From positions 25,306 through 89,305 of the forward strand of contig JAFYJD010000025.1 of the NCBI GenBank assembly GCA_017538255.1: a DNA stretch of 64,000 nucleotides, given 5' to 3'. This document shows positions 58,916-64,000 of this stretch, in pieces (the stretch's first letter is position 1; each line of letters begins with the position of its first letter). Source of the stretch: Clostridia bacterium (GTDB taxonomy: Bacteria; Bacillota; Clostridia; Christensenellales; CAG-138). Position numbers and translations under genes: made by a program. Below the pieces are notes generated by a model. The model was not told where the DNA came from. It saw only the letters and a program-made list of their open reading frames with translations, and did not search any database.

Positions 58916-60355
58916 ATGGATAATACGCTTTCGATAATCATACTCATATTCAGTCTTGTTTCATTGGCAACGACTGTTTCGCTGCTTTTGTTTACGATAC
59001 TTCAAAACAAGCGTATCTCTTCAAAGACTTTAGAGGCGTATTCCGGTCTTTTGAGCGAACACGAGCGCAGAATGCATGCTAAACTCAACGATATCCGTGC
59101 TGAGACCGCGCGCGATTTTGAGCAGCTGCGCACTTCGCTTGGCGACAGTCTTTCCGCGCGACTTGAGTTTATGGGGCGTTCGCTCGGTGAAAAGAGCGAT
59201 AGTATGAATCAAACCATCACAGCGAATCACGAAACGCTTGAAAGGCATCTCCTTGACAGGCAGGAAACGCTCCGTGCAAGCGTCGGCGAAAATCTTGCAA
59301 ATGTTCAGTCTACACTCAACGCGAACAATCTGCACAGCGAAGAAAGATTTAAAAGTTTTGAAAGTGCGCTGGGCGAACAACTTCGATCCCTTGAAACATC
59401 ACTTAGGTTGTTAAGGGAAACGACCTCGACTCAGCTTGACGCCATTCGCGGCGTTGTTAACGAGAAACTCCAGCAAACACTCAACGAGCGTCTTAGCGAA
59501 AGTTTCAAGATCGTGGACGATCGGCTTGCCGAAGTCTATAAGGGACTCGGTGAGATGCAGACGCTTGCGACGGGCGTTGGCGACCTAAAAAAAGTGCTGT
59601 CCAATGTTAAAACACGCGGCATACTTGGCGAGATCCAGTTAAAGGCGATACTCGACGAGATACTTGCGCCCGAGCAGTTCGTCAGCAACTTCGCGCCCGA
59701 AAAGGGCAAACGTGAGGTCGTCGAATTTGCGGTCAAACTGCCCAACACCGGCGGCAGCGCGCCCGTATATCTTCCTATCGACAGTAAATTCCCCGGAGAC
59801 AGGTACATCGCGCTTATGGATGCGTACGATATCGGCGACCAAGTTGTTATCGCCGAAGCCAAGAACTCGCTCAAGGACACGCTGATCTCCTGCGCCAAAG
59901 ATATCAACAAAAAATACATCAAACCGCCTATAACCACCAATTTTGCGATAATGTTTTTACCAACGGAGGGGCTTTATGCCGAAGCCGTCAGGATGGGAAT
60001 GATCGAGGAGCTGCAAACCAGGCATTCAGTCAACCTTGCGGGTCCATCCACAATGGCTGCGCTTTTGAACAGTCTTCAAATGGGCTTCAGGACGCTCGCT
60101 ATACAGAAGCAAAGCAGCGATGTTTGGGATCTGCTTGCCGATGTAAAGAAAGAGTTCGGAGCATTCAACACCGTGCTCACTAGGGCAAGAAGCGCTATAG
60201 AAAATGCGAACACCGAACTTGATGCGCTGATCGGAACGCGCACGCGCAAGATACTTAACACTATCAGCAAGATCGAATCCCTGCCAAGCCCCAACGATGC
60301 CGCCAAACTGACGGACGGCGCGGTCTTGGACAGCACCAAAATAATCGAAGAATAA
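58916..60355 (+). CDS. rmuC: DNA recombination protein RmuC
   Basis: N-terminal TM segment, coiled coil, KTRGILGEIQL, PIDSKFP, FAIMFLPTEGLYAE. Confidence 0.94.
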   Translation: MDNTLSIIILIFSLVSLATTVSLLLFTILQNKRISSKTLEAYSGLLSEHERRMHAKLNDIRAETARDFEQLRTSLGDSLSARLEFMGRSLGEKSDSMNQTITANHETLERHLLDRQETLRASVGENLANVQSTLNANNLHSEERFKSFESALGEQLRSLETSLRLLRETTSTQLDAIRGVVNEKLQQTLNERLSESFKIVDDRLAEVYKGLGEMQTLATGVGDLKKVLSNVKTRGILGEIQLKAILDEILAPEQFVSNFAPEKGKREVVEFAVKLPNTGGSAPVYLPIDSKFPGDRYIALMDAYDIGDQVVIAEAKNSLKDTLISCAKDINKKYIKPPITTNFAIMFLPTEGLYAEAVRMGMIEELQTRHSVNLAGPSTMAALLNSLQMGFRTLAIQKQSSDVWDLLADVKKEFGAFNTVLTRARSAIENANTELDALIGTRTRKILNTISKIESLPSPNDAAKLTDGAVLDSTKIIEE

Positions 60356-60384
60356 TCTACAACAACCGTTTGGGAGGAATCAAA

Positions 60385-61299
60385 ATGCATCCGTTTATAC
60401 ATATCTTTGGGCTCAACATCCCAAGTTACGGGCTTATGATGTCGCTGGCATTCATTACAGCGATACTGATCTCGTATTTCAGGGTCAAGAAAGCAGGACT
60501 CGATCAGGACACCTTTTTGAATCTCGCGATTATCTCGCTCGTTGCCGGGCTCATTTCCGCGTATCTTCTCTATATCTTTGTAACTTATCCAATCAAGGAG
60601 ATATTCAAAAGCATCACCTCCGGCAGTTTCTATGTGTTCAAAAACGGCGGTCTTGTTTTCTACGGCGGTGTTATCGGCGGCGTGCTTGCAGCTTTGCTCT
60701 ACATACACATCAAAAAGCAGCGCTTCCTTGACTATGCCGCTGTGATCGTGCCTACGATACCGCTTGCGCACGCGTTCGGCAGGATCGGATGTTTTCTTGC
60801 GGGTTGCTGCTATGGCAAAGTCTGCGAAACTCCTATCTCCGTTTTCTATAAAAATCCGATAGGCGGAGCGCCAATTGGCGTGCCTGTTTTTCCAATCCAA
60901 CTTATAGAAGCCGCATGCAATATTGTCGTGTTTGTGATACTTATGGTCTATGTAGGCAAAAAACTCAAAAAAGGAAGCGTCATATTCCTTTATATGATCC
61001 TGTACGGCATCGAAAGGTTCATCCTCGAATACTTCCGATTCGACGAGATCCGCGGCATCTTCCTCGGGCTCTCGACCTCGCAATGGATCAGCATATTTAT
61101 GGTAGTAACAGGCATAGCCGGTATGATAATTATGCTCAAAAAGGAGCGCGGATCGATGTTGGACGCGTCCATGCCCGATGCAGGTTCGCAAGACGGTCGG
61201 CAAGCGCTTGACGAAGCGTCAACAATCGCTGTCGAAAGCACCGCTGATGATGCTGTAAGCGATGCTGCGGAGCCTGTTTCCGGCGACGATAACCAATGA
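60385..61299 (+). CDS. lgt: Prolipoprotein diacylglyceryl transferase
   Basis: SYGLM, GGLVFYGG, GRIGCFLAGCCYG, PIQLIE, RFILEYFR, SQWIS. Confidence 0.9.
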   Translation: MHPFIHIFGLNIPSYGLMMSLAFITAILISYFRVKKAGLDQDTFLNLAIISLVAGLISAYLLYIFVTYPIKEIFKSITSGSFYVFKNGGLVFYGGVIGGVLAALLYIHIKKQRFLDYAAVIVPTIPLAHAFGRIGCFLAGCCYGKVCETPISVFYKNPIGGAPIGVPVFPIQLIEAACNIVVFVILMVYVGKKLKKGSVIFLYMILYGIERFILEYFRFDEIRGIFLGLSTSQWISIFMVVTGIAGMIIMLKKERGSMLDASMPDAGSQDGRQALDEASTIAVESTADDAVSDAAEPVSGDDNQ

Positions 61300-61302
61300 T
61301 TC

Positions 61303-61340
61303 GATTTGCCCGTTTGCGTGCCAAACGGGCAAATCTTTTT
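61303..61340 (+). terminator. Terminator after lgt
   Basis: gatttgcccgtttg-cgtgc-caaacgggcaaatc-ttttt. Confidence 0.85.
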
Positions 61341-61487
61341 ATTATATGCAAAACTGAAAACGAACCCATCCGTTTTAACACAAAATAAGATATATCTTCA
61401 TCCAAAGCCTTTGTCTATTGCTCAATTAGTGATATAATACTGTTGGATTTATGCGGCATACGCCGCGAAGAATAAGGAGGACTGTTT

Positions 61488-61697
61488 ATGGTCAAACTCA
61501 CCATCGATGAAAGTCGCTGCAAGGGCTGCGGTCTTTGCGTGCGTGCATGTCCGAAGAAGATCCTCGAACTTGCGAAGCACAAACTCAACGAGAAGGGTTA
61601 CCATCCCGCTCAATTGATCGATCAGTCGGCCTGTGTTGCATGTGCAAGCTGCGCAAGGACATGCCCCGACGCCGTCATCACCATTGAGAAAGAATAG
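61488..61697 (+). CDS. 2x[4Fe-4S] ferredoxin (delta) subunit of 2-oxoacid:ferredoxin oxidoreductase
   Basis: CKGCGLCVRACP and CVACASCARTCP. Confidence 0.93.
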   Translation: MVKLTIDESRCKGCGLCVRACPKKILELAKHKLNEKGYHPAQLIDQSACVACASCARTCPDAVITIEKE

Positions 61698-61712
61698 TAG
61701 GAGGAAACTATT

Positions 61713-62783
61713 ATGGCAAAGAAATTGATGAAGGGCTGTGAAGCGGTTGCGGAAGCAGCCATCCAGGCTGGCTGCCATTACTTCTTCGGCTACCCCATCA
61801 CCCCTCAGAACGACATCCCCGAGTATATGTCCGCTCGTCTGCCCCAGATCGGCGGCTGCTTCCTGCAGGCCGAGAGTGAAGTTGCGGCAATCAACATGGT
61901 TTACGGCGCCGCCGCTTCCGGTGCGCGCGTTATGACCAGTTCTTCCAGCCCGGGCATCAGCCTCAAGCAGGAAGGTATGAGTTATCTTGCCGGCGCCGAA
62001 CTGCCCTGCGTAGTTGTCAATATGGTGCGCGGCGGTCCCGGCCTCGGCTCCATCCAACCCTCTCAGGGCGACTATTTCCAGGCGACCCGCGGCGGCGGCC
62101 ACGGCGACTATCATCCCATAGTGCTCGCGCCGTCTTCCGTTCAGGAAGCGGTTGATCTTATGCAGGACGCATTCGATCTTGCCGACGTCTATCGCACGCC
62201 CGTTATGATCCTCGCAGACGGCATCATCGGTCAGATGATGGAACCCGTCGAGTTCCACGAGAGCAAGAATACCCGCGCACTGCCCAAAAAGGACTGGGCG
62301 GCAACCGGTTGGGATCCCAAATCCGGGCGCGCCCGCGCTGTCGTCAACTCACTCTACATCGAGGTCGATGAACTTCAGGAACTCAACGACAGGCTTCAGT
62401 CAAGATATCAGGTCATCCGCGACAATGAGACCAAAGCCGAACTTTATAACACCGACGGCGCGGAGATAATCGTATGCGCATACGGCACCGTTGCCCGTAT
62501 CGTAAAATCCGCCATCAATATCTGTGAAAAGCAGGGCGTAAAGGTCGGACTTTTCCGCCCCATCACCATATGGCCTTTCCCCGAGAAGGAACTTTCCGGT
62601 GCTATGGATCAAGCAAGCGTTAAAAAGGCGATCACTGTTGAGATCAGCGCAGGTCAGATGGTAGAAGATGTACGCCTTGTTGTAAACGGCAAAAAGCCCG
62701 TCGAGTTCTTTGGCAAACCCGGCAGTTATACACCTACCGCCGAGGAGATCGCGGAATACATTATGAAGTCAAGGGAGGCTTGA
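61713..62783 (+). CDS. vorB: 2-oxoacid (2-oxoisovalerate-type):ferredoxin oxidoreductase alpha subunit
   Basis: FFGYPITPQ, QAESEVAA, TSSSSPG, RGGPGLG, GGGHGDY. Confidence 0.9.
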   Translation: MAKKLMKGCEAVAEAAIQAGCHYFFGYPITPQNDIPEYMSARLPQIGGCFLQAESEVAAINMVYGAAASGARVMTSSSSPGISLKQEGMSYLAGAELPCVVVNMVRGGPGLGSIQPSQGDYFQATRGGGHGDYHPIVLAPSSVQEAVDLMQDAFDLADVYRTPVMILADGIIGQMMEPVEFHESKNTRALPKKDWAATGWDPKSGRARAVVNSLYIEVDELQELNDRLQSRYQVIRDNETKAELYNTDGAEIIVCAYGTVARIVKSAINICEKQGVKVGLFRPITIWPFPEKELSGAMDQASVKKAITVEISAGQMVEDVRLVVNGKKPVEFFGKPGSYTPTAEEIAEYIMKSREA

Positions 62784-62785
62784 TT

Positions 62786-63532
62786 ATGCAGACTGTATTT
62801 AAGAAAACCCCTATTCTGACCGATGCTGTTTTGCATTATTGCCCCGGCTGCGGTCATGGTATCGTTCATAGGCTCGTTGCCGAAGTTATCGAAGAACTCG
62901 GCATCCAGGATCGCGCAGTCGCGTATGTTCCTGTAGGATGCGCTGTGTTCGGTTATAAATATTTCAACATTGACTGCGTTGAAGCGGCGCATGGCCGCGC
63001 CCCCGCTGCCGCTACCGGCACCAAGCGCACCGATCCCAACAGGGTCGTATTCACCTATCAGGGCGACGGCGACCTTGCTTCCATCGGCGCTGCGGAGATT
63101 GTTCATGCTGCACACCGCGGTGAAAAGATCACCACGATCTTCATCAACAACGCGATCTACGGTATGACCGGCGGTCAGATGGCGCCGACGACCCTCGTCG
63201 GTCAGAAGACCACCACCAGCCCCTACGGCCGTGATAAGGATCATTGCGGCAGCCCTATCCGCGTTGCCGAGATGCTCGCGACGATTGAGGGCAGCGCTTA
63301 CATCGAGCGTGTTGCCGTAAATACCCCCGCCAACATCATCAAGGCAAAGAAGGCCATCAAAAATGCCTTTGAATGCCAGATTGCCGGCAAGGGATTCAGC
63401 CTTGTTGAAGTGCTCTCCAACTGCCCCACCAACTGGGGTATGAGCCCTGTTGAATCAATGGAATGGCTCGAGGAGAATATGATCCCCTACTATCCTCTTG
63501 GCGTCAAGAAGGATATCACTAAGGAGGTATGA
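62786..63532 (+). CDS. 2-oxoacid:ferredoxin oxidoreductase beta (TPP-binding) subunit
   Basis: HYCPGCGHG, HGRAPA, QGDGDL, NNAIYGMTGGQ, CPTNW. Confidence 0.93.
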   Translation: MQTVFKKTPILTDAVLHYCPGCGHGIVHRLVAEVIEELGIQDRAVAYVPVGCAVFGYKYFNIDCVEAAHGRAPAAATGTKRTDPNRVVFTYQGDGDLASIGAAEIVHAAHRGEKITTIFINNAIYGMTGGQMAPTTLVGQKTTTSPYGRDKDHCGSPIRVAEMLATIEGSAYIERVAVNTPANIIKAKKAIKNAFECQIAGKGFSLVEVLSNCPTNWGMSPVESMEWLEENMIPYYPLGVKKDITKEV

Positions 63533-63535
63533 GTT

Positions 63536-64000
63536 ATGCTTTGGACTAATATCTTTGCCGGTTTCGGCGGACAGGGCGTTCTTTTGATCGGTCAACTTCT
63601 TGCTTACGCAGGTATGTACGAAGGCAAGAATGTAAGTTGGCTTCCCTCCTACGGCCCCGAAATGCGCGGAGGTACGGCAAACTGCTCCGTCGTCGTTTCC
63701 GACGAGCCCATTGCTTCCCCCGTTCTCAGTATGGCGGACTGCGTTATCGCAATGAACACTCCATCTCTTGATAAGTTCGAGAGTTGTGTCAACCCCGGCG
63801 GCAAACTGTTTATCAACAGTTCCATCATCGACAAGAAAGCCACGCGCACCGATATCGAGGTCTACTATGTTCCCTGCAACGAGATAGCGGAGAAACTCGA
63901 GAACCCCAAGGTAGCGAATATGGCTATGCTCGGCGCTTATCTTGAAGCTACAAAGGCTGCAAAGACCGAAAGCGTTCTTGATGCGCTTCTTTACAAACTC
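63536..64000 (+). CDS. 2-oxoacid:ferredoxin oxidoreductase gamma subunit (truncated by window end)
   Basis: FAGFGGQG, PSYGPEMRGGTANCSV, ANMAMLGA. Confidence 0.92.
   Translation, partial: MLWTNIFAGFGGQGVLLIGQLLAYAGMYEGKNVSWLPSYGPEMRGGTANCSVVVSDEPIASPVLSMADCVIAMNTPSLDKFESCVNPGGKLFINSSIIDKKATRTDIEVYYVPCNEIAEKLENPKVANMAMLGAYLEATKAAKTESVLDALLYKL

Overview
A chromosomal window from an anaerobic, probably spore-forming Clostridia-class firmicute (spoVT, a Spo0A C-terminal-domain gene, trmK, whiA/rapZ, rubrerythrin/rubredoxin). The backbone is housekeeping: the end of an opp operon, tRNA-Ser(GGA), deoD-carD, rpsU, yicC-gmk-rpoZ-priA, murB-rapZ-whiA-dnaE-rlmD, pncB, tRNA-Asn(GTT), pepQ-efp, trmK-nif3-Zn ribbon-rnpB, spoVT, rmuC-lgt and a 2-oxoacid:ferredoxin oxidoreductase operon. 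Three accessory zones interrupt it. (1) Downstream of rlmD (about 23.4-29.3 kb), co-oriented cargo genes (transglutaminase-like, GT2, Tsp45I-like R-M pair, VOC, Arr-like) follow one another. The first three cargo blocks are each preceded by degenerate copies of the rlmD 3' end ('DMFPxT' and 'HVETVVLLS' halves, about ten in all), and no recombinase is present. This cassette-array-like structure is the strongest signal in the window. (2) Downstream of tRNA-Ser lie dcd, two GNATs and an XRE-TPR gene, plus an inverted 120-bp diverged copy of that gene's 3' end. (3) Downstream of tRNA-Asn lie a duplicated post-tRNA hairpin, AAAAGTACAC repeats and a serine-recombinase remnant. Also notable are an orphan R-S-E ADP-ribosyltransferase between rubrerythrin and rubredoxin, and a collapsed dockerin gene followed by a small protein with a YxxPxL leader. 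No CRISPR array, rRNA, intact integrase/transposase or reverse transcriptase was seen. All calls are by-eye motif recognition; no database searches were run.
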